Counted from the stretch's first letter, positions 27,761 through 37,518 are shown. The stretch is DNA of 64,000 nucleotides from Parcubacteria group bacterium Gr01-1014_20 (GCA_007376265.1 VMFW01000010.1:1945-65944), one strand, 5' to 3'. The notes: a model not told the origin generated them from the letters alone. Program-made: numbers and translations.

Positions 27761-29005
27761 ATGAAGAGAAAACTAGCAATTTTGGGTTTTGGCCAGGAGG
27801 GAAAATCTTTACTCAAGTTTTTGAGGAGGTCACCAAAATTCAAGGGCTCAAAAATTCATATCCTAGACAAAAAAGATGGTAAGGATTACTTGTCTCAAGT
27901 GTTCTCTTTCGACCTGATCTTTCGATCACCAGGAGTACCCTATAACCTACCTGAGCTCAAGTCGGCCCGAAGGAGAGGGGTGGAGTTTTCGAGTGGAACG
28001 AAAATATTTTTTGAAGAGTACGGAGGTAAAATTATTGGCATAACGGGGACGAAAGGGAAGGGAACCACTTCAACCCTGCTTTGCAAAATTCTTCAGGCGG
28101 CTGGGAAAAAAGTCTTACTAGCCGGAAACATCGGAAAGCCAGCGATTGATTTTTTAAAGAACGGAAAAAAATATGATTGGGCAATCCTAGAACTCTCCAG
28201 CTTCCAACTTCAAGATTTGAACATCTCACCCACGATAGCAGTAGTTTTAGACGTCTTTCCCGATCACCAAGATGCTCACTTAAATCTAAAAGAGTACTAC
28301 GAAGCTAAGGCGAATATCGGGAAGTATCAAGGGAAATCTGGCCGGGTTTTCTTTTTTTTGGACGATAAAAATTCGGGAAAAATCGCTTCAAAAAGTCCAG
28401 CTCGAAGAATAGGGGTGAATTACAGAAAATTTAAACTTTTTAATCCGCAGGAGTTAAAAATACCAGGACTGCACAACTTCAGAAACGCGGTGATGGCGGC
28501 AAATGTGGCTTTTTCTTTGGGGATAGCTGCCAAGACTATCAAAAATGTCGTTACGAGATTTAGAGGATTGGAACACAGGCTTGAATTCGTTAAAAGGATT
28601 GGAAGACTCAATTTCTTTAATGATTCGGCCTCAACTAATCCCCACACTACAGCGGCGGCGATTGGATCGTTCCCTGGTGTGAAAAAAATTTTAATCGCGG
28701 GCGGAAGAGACAAAGTCGATGACTACTCTCCCATCCAACGAGCTTTAAAAAAACATGGGATTCACGCAGTAATTCTTTTTGGAGAGAATAAACATAGGCT
28801 CCAGAGGGTGGCGAGAGACTTAAGCAAAGTGAAGTTGGCCGGAAATTTAAAAACGGCAGTAAGAATGGCTGTCGGGGAAGCGAAGATGGCGGGAGGAGAG
28901 GTGTGCGTAGTTTTTTCGCCAGGATCCGCGAGCTTCGATATGTTCCGAAATTACGCTCATCGAGGAGAGGAATTTAAGAAGTTGGTCAAAAAAATAAGAT
29001 TTTAG
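27761..29005 (+). CDS. murD: Mur ligase, probably UDP-N-acetylmuramoylalanine--D-glutamate ligase
   Basis: ITGTKGKGTT P-loop, Mur ligase middle and C-terminal domains; MurD-like size (414 aa). Confidence 0.7.
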   Translation: MKRKLAILGFGQEGKSLLKFLRRSPKFKGSKIHILDKKDGKDYLSQVFSFDLIFRSPGVPYNLPELKSARRRGVEFSSGTKIFFEEYGGKIIGITGTKGKGTTSTLLCKILQAAGKKVLLAGNIGKPAIDFLKNGKKYDWAILELSSFQLQDLNISPTIAVVLDVFPDHQDAHLNLKEYYEAKANIGKYQGKSGRVFFFLDDKNSGKIASKSPARRIGVNYRKFKLFNPQELKIPGLHNFRNAVMAANVAFSLGIAAKTIKNVVTRFRGLEHRLEFVKRIGRLNFFNDSASTNPHTTAAAIGSFPGVKKILIAGGRDKVDDYSPIQRALKKHGIHAVILFGENKHRLQRVARDLSKVKLAGNLKTAVRMAVGEAKMAGGEVCVVFSPGSASFDMFRNYAHRGEEFKKLVKKIRF

Positions 29006-29056
29006 AACTAGCGGCGTTTTGCATTTAGGGCGACTAGCGATTACAATCAGTTTACG

Positions 29057-29359
29057 ATGGCTTCACCGATAAACAAAAAAACTCTTAAACACTTAGCGGA
29101 ACTGGCGCGGGTTGAGCTCTTAGGAAAGGAGGAGGAGCGAATTTTTAAAGATCTCCAAAAGATACTGGATCACTTCGAGGAACTCAAAGAGCTTGATACG
29201 GAGAATGTGAGTCCGATGACAGGTGGAACTTCACTCAGCAATATTTTCCGCGGAGACGAAAAAAGAGGCACTACAAATCTTGGAGCGGGGGCTCACGCTT
29301 TTCCAAAAGAAAAAAAGGGATTTTTAGAGATACCGCCGGTATTCGAAAGCGACGAATAA
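29057..29359 (+). CDS. gatC: Asp-tRNA(Asn)/Glu-tRNA(Gln) amidotransferase subunit C
   Basis: 100 aa; the LAELARVEL...E.....L..IL..F motif pattern of GatC. Confidence 0.85.
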   Translation: MASPINKKTLKHLAELARVELLGKEEERIFKDLQKILDHFEELKELDTENVSPMTGGTSLSNIFRGDEKRGTTNLGAGAHAFPKEKKGFLEIPPVFESDE

Positions 29360-29393
29360 ATCGTAACTTACGACTTCTAAATTAAGAACTTAA

Positions 29394-30881
29394 ATGCATC
29401 CTTTAAGGAATTTAACGATTAAGAGTTTTCACGAGGGACTGATGACTAAAAAGTTTTCGGCGCTTGAAGCAACTCAAGCCTTTTTTGAGCACATAAAAGA
29501 AAGCGACAAAAGCATCGGGGCGTATTTAAGCCTGAACGAAGAAAACGCTATTAAAGAATCAGAAAAAGTTGACCTGGCTTTAGCAAAAGGAGAGAACCTG
29601 GGACTTTTAGCGGGGGTGCCCTTGGCAATTAAAGACAACATCTTGATCAAAAATCTTCCCGCCACGGCCGGATCGCGATCACTTGAAGGATACTTAGCTA
29701 GTTATGATGCGGGAGTAATCAAAAAATTAAAGAGCGAGAAGGCGATATTTTTAGGTAAGGCAAACTTGGATGAATTCGCAATGGGGTCATCCACCGAGAA
29801 CTCTGGCTTCCATTTAACTCGAAACCCACATGATAGAGAGCGAGTACCGGGAGGATCGTCTGGCGGATCAGTAGCGGCCGTTGCCTCCGACCAGGCGGTG
29901 GCAGCCCTAGGGTCGGACACAGGAGGATCGGTTCGGCAACCGGCAGGATTTTGCGGAGTGGTGGGTCTAAAAGCGACCTACGGATCGGTTTCAAGATCAG
30001 GACTCATCGCGATGGCTTCTTCCTTGGATCAAATTGGCCCAATTACCAAAACAGTTGGGGACGCGGCTGTATTATTTAAAGCGATAGCCGGGGGTGATCA
30101 GATGGATTCGACGAATGCCGGGTTTAACTACGGAGATGAGCTTTTGTCTTTGGATCTTCAGAAAATAAGAAATCTTAGGGTGGGGGTGCCGGATGAATAC
30201 TTTGCCGACGGCCTCGAAGAGGAAGTGAAGGTAGCGCTTCAGAGAACTATCGAGGATTTGAAGGGTCTAAAAATAACTTTCAAAAAAATATCTCTGCCGC
30301 ACACCAAATACGCTCTTTCCGTTTACTATGTGATTATGCCAGCGGAGGTGAGTTCGAATCTGGCTCGATTTGATGGTATTCGATACTCACGAATTAAAGG
30401 CAGTGACGTTGGTGTTTCGAATGTGAAAGATATTTATTTTAAACATCGGGGAGATGGTTTTGGCGCTGAGACAAAAAGGAGAGTTATCCTGGGGACGTTC
30501 GTTCTTTCTTCTGGATACTACGATGCGTATTACGAAAAGGCTCAAAGGGTGAGGTCTCTAATAAAAAGAGATTTCGATGAGGCCTTCAAGCAAGTGGATG
30601 TAATTTTGACGCCCGTGAGCCCCACAAGAGCTTTTAAGATTGGGGAGAAGGTTTCAGATCCCCTTTCAATGTATCTTTCAGATATTCTCACGATTCCAGC
30701 CAATTTAGCGGGACTGCCAGCCATTTCTATTCCCGTAAGAACGGGTGAACCGTACAGTAGGGACAATTTGCCGATTGGATTTCAACTGATCGGCAGGCAC
30801 TTCCGAGAGGCAGATATTTTGGGGTTGGGGCAGATGTATGAAAAAATGAATGAGGGTAACATTAAGACCAAGCCAGGGTAA
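29394..30881 (+). CDS. gatA: Asp-tRNA(Asn)/Glu-tRNA(Gln) amidotransferase subunit A (amidase)
   Basis: Amidase signature GGSSGGSVAAVAS with a Ser-cisSer-Lys triad context. gatB is not adjacent. Confidence 0.9.
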   Translation: MHPLRNLTIKSFHEGLMTKKFSALEATQAFFEHIKESDKSIGAYLSLNEENAIKESEKVDLALAKGENLGLLAGVPLAIKDNILIKNLPATAGSRSLEGYLASYDAGVIKKLKSEKAIFLGKANLDEFAMGSSTENSGFHLTRNPHDRERVPGGSSGGSVAAVASDQAVAALGSDTGGSVRQPAGFCGVVGLKATYGSVSRSGLIAMASSLDQIGPITKTVGDAAVLFKAIAGGDQMDSTNAGFNYGDELLSLDLQKIRNLRVGVPDEYFADGLEEEVKVALQRTIEDLKGLKITFKKISLPHTKYALSVYYVIMPAEVSSNLARFDGIRYSRIKGSDVGVSNVKDIYFKHRGDGFGAETKRRVILGTFVLSSGYYDAYYEKAQRVRSLIKRDFDEAFKQVDVILTPVSPTRAFKIGEKVSDPLSMYLSDILTIPANLAGLPAISIPVRTGEPYSRDNLPIGFQLIGRHFREADILGLGQMYEKMNEGNIKTKPG

Positions 30882-30889
30882 TAACTAAC

Positions 30890-31456
30890 ATGACTACGCC
30901 AGAGGAAGTAATGCCAAAAGTAGCCGCTGAATCTTTCGGTGATCCGCGAGTTGAGTTGGCTTTTGCCCAAGTTTCGGATTTTTTTGGCAGGAACTTGGGA
31001 CTTTTGAAGGCGCTTTCAATTCTCCTGACTTTAACTTTTATATCATTCGGAGTTTGGTTTATGGTCAAAACTGGATGGCTCCAACTTAGGGCGGATAGAA
31101 TTCAAAATGTGATCCTAAAAAAAGATACGGCTAGAAAACGATCAGTAAAGGGTTGGAAAAATATCCAGAAACACTTCTTTGCCGGAAGCGATAGTGAGTT
31201 AAAGGTGGCGATTATTGAAGCTGATAATTTACTGGATGAAGCCCTTAGGACTCTTGGATTTAGAGGGCTCAATCTCGGTGATCGGCTGAAACAGATAACC
31301 GCTGACGATTTAGAAAACATTGACGAGGTTTGGGAAGCCCACAAGCTTCGAAACAAAATTGCTCATGAGGCGGATTTTAAAATGAACCGCGATATGGCGG
31401 AACGGGGGCTCGGAGTTTACGAGAGAACTTTTAGGAATTTGGGGGTGTTGGATTAA
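30890..31456 (+). CDS. hypothetical membrane-anchored protein with a C-terminal Rx4H (HEPN-like) motif
   Basis: One TM helix (LLKALSILLTLTFISFGVWFMV); the C-terminal helical region contains LRNKIAHE. Confidence 0.45.
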   Translation: MTTPEEVMPKVAAESFGDPRVELAFAQVSDFFGRNLGLLKALSILLTLTFISFGVWFMVKTGWLQLRADRIQNVILKKDTARKRSVKGWKNIQKHFFAGSDSELKVAIIEADNLLDEALRTLGFRGLNLGDRLKQITADDLENIDEVWEAHKLRNKIAHEADFKMNRDMAERGLGVYERTFRNLGVLD

Positions 31457-32017
31457 ATAAAAAACCCCCGGCTTGCAAGCAAGCGCGGGGGGTGCCAATT
31501 ACTAATTCCGGATTAGGCACATTGGGCCGGAACCGCCTCTGTTTTTCCTCGCAAAGAGCCGAAGGCGCTTCAATCGCGAGGCCAACTGTTTTTCCATCCA
31601 GTGTCCGTCGGGACGACATCCGGATGACCATAGCTGTCCGCGAAACTACTTTCCAAGTTGTCCGCTAGGCGACTCCTTGGCGCGTTTTTCCGAACGAAGA
31701 TTTTTAGATCCCGACCACACGGTGGCCGAGAAATTGCTACACGCGAGATCTCCGAACTCTTTGATTTAACTCGCGACCTCATCGCCTCCCGAGAACAACG
31801 ACTTTTGAATCTCATATATGGACTCGGGACCAATGCGCGTGGATTACGTCCTCTGGACGCAAGGGCAAACTTAGATTTACGGGAACTTAGAGCGCCCGCC
31901 GGATGGATTGCCAGTCACCATCCTTCGCCCGAATCCTCTTCACTCTTAGGGTTCCTAGTTTCCTAGTGTTTTCCTAATCGTTAGGGTTAAGGGTTCACTA
32001 ACCCGCAGCCAGCATGG

Positions 32018-32467
32018 CTAGCTAGCTTCGGGCAACGACTCGTTCTCTTCGGTTCGGGTATGGATGCCATAATAAACAGCAACCACAATGAGAGTCAAGG
32101 CCGTGACCGCGTAGAGAATCACTGCCAGCGGATAGTCGCTTTTGCGCGGCTTCAAAATCGCATCGCTCCCGAGGGTGAGGCCATTCGCGCGGACAGCACC
32201 GATCATTGCACTCCAGTCACCGTCATTCAAAACGGTGGTGGACGCGAATGCCGAACTTCCGTCACCAACGAAAGCCGCAAATGGCATTTGGGCGTTCCAG
32301 GCCGAGGCGGCAAGCTTCGTGTCGACTGGGGTCCACGTGACCGCTCCAGCTTTGGGCTGAGGTTGAGAAAGAAGGAAGAATAATTCAGAACCAGCGCTGG
32401 CTGTTGACGAAACGAACAGCAATGCGACAAAACAGATACCAATGAGGACCATGATCTTACCGGACAT
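32018..32467 (-). CDS. hypothetical exported protein with a C-terminal TM anchor (GC-rich gene)
   Basis: Signal peptide plus a C-terminal hydrophobic helix; GC content visibly higher than its neighbours. Confidence 0.4.
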   Translation of the reverse strand: MSGKIMVLIGICFVALLFVSSTASAGSELFFLLSQPQPKAGAVTWTPVDTKLAASAWNAQMPFAAFVGDGSSAFASTTVLNDGDWSAMIGAVRANGLTLGSDAILKPRKSDYPLAVILYAVTALTLIVVAVYYGIHTRTEENESLPEAS

Positions 32468-32715
32468 AGTGGCTCCCTTCCCTATCTATATGGATCCGTT
32501 TGAAAACGTTAATTCAAGTAGCTAAACAAAGCCGAATTTAGCCTTGTCCGAGTATTATAGCATACTCACTAAATTTGTCAAGTATCGTTTAATAGGCGCC
32601 TTGAAAGCCTGATTTTGGCTGTATTGACTTTTTATGTGTATAATGCTATAATCACAAGGTCAAGCTTTGGCTTGTAGTTCTTTAACTTAGGGGATAGCAA
32701 ACTCGGAGGAGACAG

Positions 32716-33147
32716 ATGACAATACTGAAAGAGATCGGGGAGACGATCGTGTGGATGCTCAAAGATTGGCCGATGGGAACCATCATCGGGATCTTGTTGA
32801 TTGGAGTTTCGTTGTTTGTATTAGCTCTCGTTGGCTGGGTGATATTCACCGGCCTCGATTTCATTGGACGAGAGAACCAGACGGGCATTGGTCGGGTGAT
32901 AAGCAAGGAATTTATTCCAGCGCACACGACGACATCGACGATGATGATTGGCAGAGTGTCTGTTCCGACCACACATCATCATCCTGACGCCTGGGTAATC
33001 CAGGTAGAGATTGATGGATCCGGAACGGACTCGGTCTCGGTGGATGAAAAATTCTACGACGCTGTCACGGAAGGCACCCAGTTGAGCGTTGAATACTCCA
33101 CTGGTCGTTTTACCGGCAACCCGAGCATCGCTGCTGTCTCGATGTAA
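32716..33147 (+). CDS. hypothetical membrane protein
   Basis: AGGAGGAGACAG RBS before the ATG; one TM helix; terminator downstream. Confidence 0.5.
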   Translation: MTILKEIGETIVWMLKDWPMGTIIGILLIGVSLFVLALVGWVIFTGLDFIGRENQTGIGRVISKEFIPAHTTTSTMMIGRVSVPTTHHHPDAWVIQVEIDGSGTDSVSVDEKFYDAVTEGTQLSVEYSTGRFTGNPSIAAVSM

Positions 33148-33153
33148 GTTTTT

Positions 33154-33186
33154 GCGGGCCCGAAATTTTCGGGCCCTTTTTGTTTG
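33154..33186 (+). terminator. Rho-independent terminator
   Basis: GGGCCCGAAattTTCGGGCCC followed by TTTTTGTTT. Confidence 0.7.
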
Positions 33187-33188
33187 CA

Positions 33189-33221
33189 ACAAAAAACCGC
33201 TCCAGGTTATGGAACGGTTTT
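33189..33221 (-). terminator. Rho-independent terminator for the convergent minus-strand gene
   Basis: On the minus strand, AAAACCGTTCCataaccTGGAGCGGTTTTTT. Confidence 0.55.
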
Positions 33222-33242
33222 AAATTTTTTGATCGTTATTTT

Positions 33243-33509
33243 TCAAGAGGCGGGTTTGGGCGCCTCAGTCTTTGGGACGCTCGTCCTTCTCCTTAAAGCT
33301 TTTTTTCTAGACATCTCAACAACTTGAACCGAGAGCATCCATTTTCGGCCACAGCGACTGCACTCGTGGTTTTTGTGCGGATGGATAAAAACAATTGGCT
33401 TGCCACAAACACAAACTGACTTTGGGATTGGAATAAATTGAGTTCTAATCTCAACTTCTAAATCCGCGGCCAGCCTGTTTACGAGCGCGCTGATTTCATC
33501 TACCTTCAC
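33243..33509 (-). CDS. small zinc-ribbon-like protein
   Basis: CVCGKP...HECSRCG Cys/His pairs; 88 aa. Confidence 0.4.
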   Translation of the reverse strand: MKVDEISALVNRLAADLEVEIRTQFIPIPKSVCVCGKPIVFIHPHKNHECSRCGRKWMLSVQVVEMSRKKALRRRTSVPKTEAPKPAS

Positions 33510-33567
33510 AATATTCCTCCTTTTTTGCTGGCTAAAGATTACTAATTTTAGGCCAATAAAGTCAAGG

Positions 33568-35067
33568 TTAAAACTTTCTTAAAAACTGGGCGAGAAGGCC
33601 CATGGGAGCGCCGGTAGAACCCTTAGCTAGAAATTCAGATTCAGTTGGAGTCATGCGGGGAGCCATATCGATGTGAACCCAGGGAATTTGAGGTGAATTA
33701 GCTGAAGAGTCGGACTTAATGAACTGCCACAAGAAAACCGCGGCGGTAATGACTCCGCCGTAGCGAGTCTTGCCGGAGTTCGCCACATCACCAAAGGTAC
33801 CTTTGATTTCTTCTTCGTACTCTTCCCAAAGCGGTAGGGCCCAGGCATAATCCCCCACCATCTCGCCGCTTTCGATGATTTTTTGTTCCGCGCGAGCGTT
33901 GTTCGAAAAAACCGCGGAGGCTCTTTGGCCGAGTGCCGACATCGCGGAACCGGTCAAGGTAGCAATATCAACCACCAAGCGGGGTTTGTATTTTTTAGCG
34001 TATTCGAGAGCGTCAGCTAAAATGACCCGGCCTTCGGCGTCGGTGTTTAAGACTTCAATAGTTTTGCCATTCATGGTTTTTAGAACATCGCCGGGGTGAT
34101 AACTAGAACCGGAAGGCATATTTTCCACGGCCGGCACAAGCGCCACGATATTTTTTTTGATTTTAAGTCGGGCCATGGCAGCGATGGAATGGAGGGCGAC
34201 AGAACCACCGGACATATCCATGTGCATTTCATACATATAGTCATCGGGTTTGATGTTCAAGCCACCGGTGTCGAAGGTGACGCCCTTGCCGACTAAGACC
34301 ACCGGTTTTTCACCACGTTTGCCCTTCAGATACTCCATGATGATAAATTTGGGTCTTTCGGACGATCCACGCGCCACACCCAAGACGCCGCCCATGCCCA
34401 GCATTTCGATTTCTTTTTCTTCCAGGATCTGAACTTTGATGCCCCACTTTTTGCCAAGGTCTTCGGCTTCTTTGGCGAGAACTTTCGGAGTCATGTCGCT
34501 TCCAGGAGTGTTCGAGAGGTTTCGTGCGTTATTGATTTCTTCGCCGATAATCTGACCAGTAGTCACCGCTTCCGCGAAAGACGGATTGGGTTTTTGGGAG
34601 AGAAAATTAACCTCCTGCGTAAAAAACCAGCCACTCGGCTCGGGGGTTTTGTATTTGATAAATTCGAAGTTGGCCAACTCCATTTGAGTGGCTAGAACTT
34701 CAGCTAAGGCTTTTTGGTTATCTTTATTTTCCTTGGCTAGAAAATCGTCGAGATAAATGGCGAGGTTTTTAACCTTTTCTTTTTTAGCGACCACAATCAC
34801 TCGCCGAGCGGCCAAAATGGCTTTGCGGTGATTAAATTTAGTTTTTTCGCCCAAACCAATGAGTAAAACTTTGAGTCCGCTTGGAAGAACGATGGGGTGG
34901 TTGTGTTCTTTTTTGACTGGGAAGTTCTTTTGGAATTTGACCAGGTATTCCTGATCCGGTTTTTCTAGGGTTTTGTAGAATGGGTGGCGCTCGATTTTAT
35001 CCTCGTCTTTTATGAGGAAAACGGGGCTAGCGCCTTTCGGGAGGGTTTTTTGATAGGCGATTTTCAT
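33568..35067 (-). CDS. pepA: leucyl aminopeptidase (M17 family)
   Basis: NTDAEGRVILADAL M17 signature and the metal-binding region. Confidence 0.9.
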   Translation of the reverse strand: MKIAYQKTLPKGASPVFLIKDEDKIERHPFYKTLEKPDQEYLVKFQKNFPVKKEHNHPIVLPSGLKVLLIGLGEKTKFNHRKAILAARRVIVVAKKEKVKNLAIYLDDFLAKENKDNQKALAEVLATQMELANFEFIKYKTPEPSGWFFTQEVNFLSQKPNPSFAEAVTTGQIIGEEINNARNLSNTPGSDMTPKVLAKEAEDLGKKWGIKVQILEEKEIEMLGMGGVLGVARGSSERPKFIIMEYLKGKRGEKPVVLVGKGVTFDTGGLNIKPDDYMYEMHMDMSGGSVALHSIAAMARLKIKKNIVALVPAVENMPSGSSYHPGDVLKTMNGKTIEVLNTDAEGRVILADALEYAKKYKPRLVVDIATLTGSAMSALGQRASAVFSNNARAEQKIIESGEMVGDYAWALPLWEEYEEEIKGTFGDVANSGKTRYGGVITAAVFLWQFIKSDSSANSPQIPWVHIDMAPRMTPTESEFLAKGSTGAPMGLLAQFLRKF

Positions 35068-35142
35068 GGCCTGTTTTTACCACTTTAGGGACTGGATTGC
35101 AAGAAATAAAAAGCGCCCTGATTGAAGAGCGCTTGGTTTTTG

Positions 35143-35883
35143 CTACTGACTAGCTTCGGGTTGTTTAAGGAGCTCAAGATCGGCCGAGAACTCGTTGCCA
35201 CTTCCGAGTTCAAATGGCTCTTGCCCTCTCAAGAAAATCTTGGCACCGCCGTCCCCTCGAAGAGAAACTTTGTCGCCTTCAACTCGAAGCCACGATCCTT
35301 CTCGAAGACCAATCACGGGAGTGACGTTTTCTTCGTGGAACTCTTTGATGCGAGTTTCTCGGGTCTCTCCCATGTGACGAGAATTGGGATCGGCGTCCAC
35401 AAAATGAGGGTTAATTTGGAACGGCACAAGCTTTAACGCTTCGAAGGTGGAGACGTGCCTAATGGGCATGTCATTGGTCGTGCAAATCGTGGGGCAAGCG
35501 AGATTGGATCCGGCACTTGAGCCCATATAAAGCATACCGCTCGAGACTCTTTCACGAATCAAATGAGTGAGGCCATGCGCATGCACAGCTTCAAGTAGCC
35601 GAAAGGTATTACCGCCGCCGACGAAGATGGCATCGGCCGACGACACCGCAAGTATGGGGTGGTCAGCGGCCTCATGAATTGAGACAAGTTCCACCCCTAA
35701 GCCATTTAAACGCTTTCGAGCTTTTTCGGCATAGTCGTCCCAGTCCTTGAGGGCGTAAGGGATGAATAGTACCTGGTTTATACCGGCGAGAAACGCTGAA
35801 ACAGCTTCAGCGCAGTGATCGAGATAATCGCGACCGTACGCCCGTGAATTGCTGATAAGCAGAAGATTTTTTTTCGCACCCAA
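35143..35883 (-). CDS. pepE: peptidase E / S51 family dipeptidase
   Basis: FVGGGNTFRLL...YMGSSAGSNLA, the S51 catalytic Ser context. Confidence 0.8.
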   Translation of the reverse strand: MGAKKNLLLISNSRAYGRDYLDHCAEAVSAFLAGINQVLFIPYALKDWDDYAEKARKRLNGLGVELVSIHEAADHPILAVSSADAIFVGGGNTFRLLEAVHAHGLTHLIRERVSSGMLYMGSSAGSNLACPTICTTNDMPIRHVSTFEALKLVPFQINPHFVDADPNSRHMGETRETRIKEFHEENVTPVIGLREGSWLRVEGDKVSLRGDGGAKIFLRGQEPFELGSGNEFSADLELLKQPEASQ

Positions 35884-36088
35884 AATGCCTTCTCCTTTCG
35901 AATAAGTAACGGTTTATAGAATTACTAAAATACCTACTAGAAGTTATATACGGTTTCAAGGATATTGCAAGAAATAAAAAGCCGCCACTTTTGCAAGTGG
36001 CGACCGTGGCTAGAACCGAGGTTTCAGTTGTACTGGGCGCTCCTCGCGGGATGGTTTTCGGGCACTTCCGCGCTGTCAAAATCCGGAA

Positions 36089-36307
36089 TCATGGCATCCA
36101 TCCAGAAAGATTCTTCCCAATTGTCGATTTCAGCCGAATCGGTGTTGGTAATAAAGCTGGCCTTACCACTTCCCTTCTCGGTATCAATCTCGGCACTTTT
36201 TCCTTGCCAGTTTTAAGCATGGTGCGCGAAACATGGAAGAGCATATTACGAATACGATCATCGATCGGTATGCCACTTCCCATAAGGCAGTAGATTTTGT
36301 AGATCAA
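36089..36307 (-). CDS. hypothetical small basic protein (72 aa), low confidence
   Basis: GGGGAGGGTG precedes the ATG; an intrinsic terminator (GCCACTTgcaaAAGTGGC plus T-run on the minus strand) lies ~80 nt downstream; it sits in an otherwise ORF-poor 570-nt gap. Confidence 0.25.
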   Translation of the reverse strand: MIYKIYCLMGSGIPIDDRIRNMLFHVSRTMLKTGKEKVPRLIPRREVVRPALLPTPIRLKSTIGKNLSGWMP

Positions 36308-36410
36308 GACACCCTCCCCGCGTTAATAGTGAAAATCAGCTCGCTCAAGCATACCCTAAGCGGGTTATTTAGTCAATAATCGCAGTGTGCCATCTTCTGG
36401 TTTTATAAGT

Positions 36411-36441
36411 GGTAAAAAAATAAGTCCGATGGGACTTATTT
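36411..36441 (-). terminator. Rho-independent terminator downstream of dut2
   Basis: On the minus strand, AATAAGTCCcatcGGACTTATTTTTTT. Confidence 0.65.
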
Positions 36442-36455
36442 TGAAGAGTTTTATT

Positions 36456-37046
36456 TTACTGAAGACCGGTGGATCCGAAGCCGCCTGAACCACGAGAGGT
36501 GGTCGGGAGGTCTTCTGGGGAATTAACAATGGCAATCTCGGGCATGAGGGCCCACTGAAAAATTATCTGAGCGATGCGCATGCCACGCCTTAGGTCAAAG
36601 GTGGTTTCATTCCGATTGTAGACGAGGACACCAGCTTCACCTCGATAGTCCGGATCCACGGTGCCGGGGGCGTTCGTAACGGTGATGCCCCACTTTGAGG
36701 CCAAGCCACTTCGAGGAGCAACCCAATAGAACATCGGGAAAGACATGGCGGTAATAAAACCGATTCCAACCAGGACGGACTCACCCGGATCCATGATATA
36801 GATAGGTTCTTTGCCGTTTCCATCGTTGAAATCTTTTTTAGAAACGTGCCGAGCCACATCTGGGTTTGGGGGGAGGTTGGTGAAGTCAAACAGAGTTTGC
36901 CGAAGATTGGGGTTCTTTGGATCCATCGTGTGAGCAGAAACTACCGCCCGAGCATAAACATCGTAGCCAATAGCGCCGTCGGTTTGGCGTTCCGGCATTC
37001 TTCCGCCGGGAAGAACATTTAGTAAGACCTTAGGGATTTCGATCAT
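36456..37046 (-). CDS. second dUTPase-family protein, with a ~40-aa insertion between motifs I and II
   Basis: Motifs GAIGYDVYA, APRSGLASKWG, GTVDPDYRGE, RIAQ and RGSGGFGSTG (motif V present, so a dUTPase and not a dCTP deaminase). An SD (GAAGGAGAGAGGAG) is present. Confidence 0.75.
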   Translation of the reverse strand: MIEIPKVLLNVLPGGRMPERQTDGAIGYDVYARAVVSAHTMDPKNPNLRQTLFDFTNLPPNPDVARHVSKKDFNDGNGKEPIYIMDPGESVLVGIGFITAMSFPMFYWVAPRSGLASKWGITVTNAPGTVDPDYRGEAGVLVYNRNETTFDLRRGMRIAQIIFQWALMPEIAIVNSPEDLPTTSRGSGGFGSTGLQ

Positions 37047-37176
37047 TTATCTCCTCTCTCCTTCTATTCTGTAGCTCCAGGTATTTCAAGAAATCTATGG
37101 TTAGTTTAGGGGTTTTAGTTGATTTGTCAAAAGAAAAAGCCCCGAATTCGAGAATGATTTGGGGCTCTGTTTTCAA

Positions 37177-37371
37177 TTAAATTTTGTCGCTGTTCACTTC
37201 GCGACGACTGATTTGCGCCTCACTTAGGAAGGTAGCGCCACATTCCCAACAGAAATTAGCGCAGGAACCAGCTAGAGCACCGCAGAGAGAACATTTGCCG
37301 TCAGCTAGATGGGATTTTGTTTGCTTAGCGGCTGACTCGATGATTTGATCCTTAAAGCTTCCGCTTTCCAT
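37177..37371 (-). CDS. small zinc-ribbon protein
   Basis: CSLCG...CANFCWECG, two CxxC pairs. Confidence 0.4.
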   Translation of the reverse strand: MESGSFKDQIIESAAKQTKSHLADGKCSLCGALAGSCANFCWECGATFLSEAQISRREVNSDKI

Positions 37372-37518
37372 GGCGGCCTCCTTTTGAGAAATTGAGAAGA
37401 GCTATTCTTTTAATAACTCAAAATTAGCGGGAAGTAAATGGTGCAACGTACTGGACGCTGTTGGAACTAGGATTCGAGCAAACCAAGATACAACTTTCAT
37501 TCCACACTTACTTGAAAG

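Noticed and set aside
31460-32017. RNase P RNA in the GC-rich ORF-free segment
   Set aside because: A weak ACAGAGG..CCGGCCCA match on the minus strand near a terminator was the only support. No complementary P4 5' strand and no GGUAAG or AAAUAGG J11/12 and L15 motifs were found.
35965-36293. Plus-strand ORFs 35965..36216 and 35991..36293 in the pepE-dut2 gap
   Set aside because: There is no start context, and the composition looks non-coding. The minus-strand 72-aa ORF with an SD and a downstream terminator is the better, still weak, candidate.
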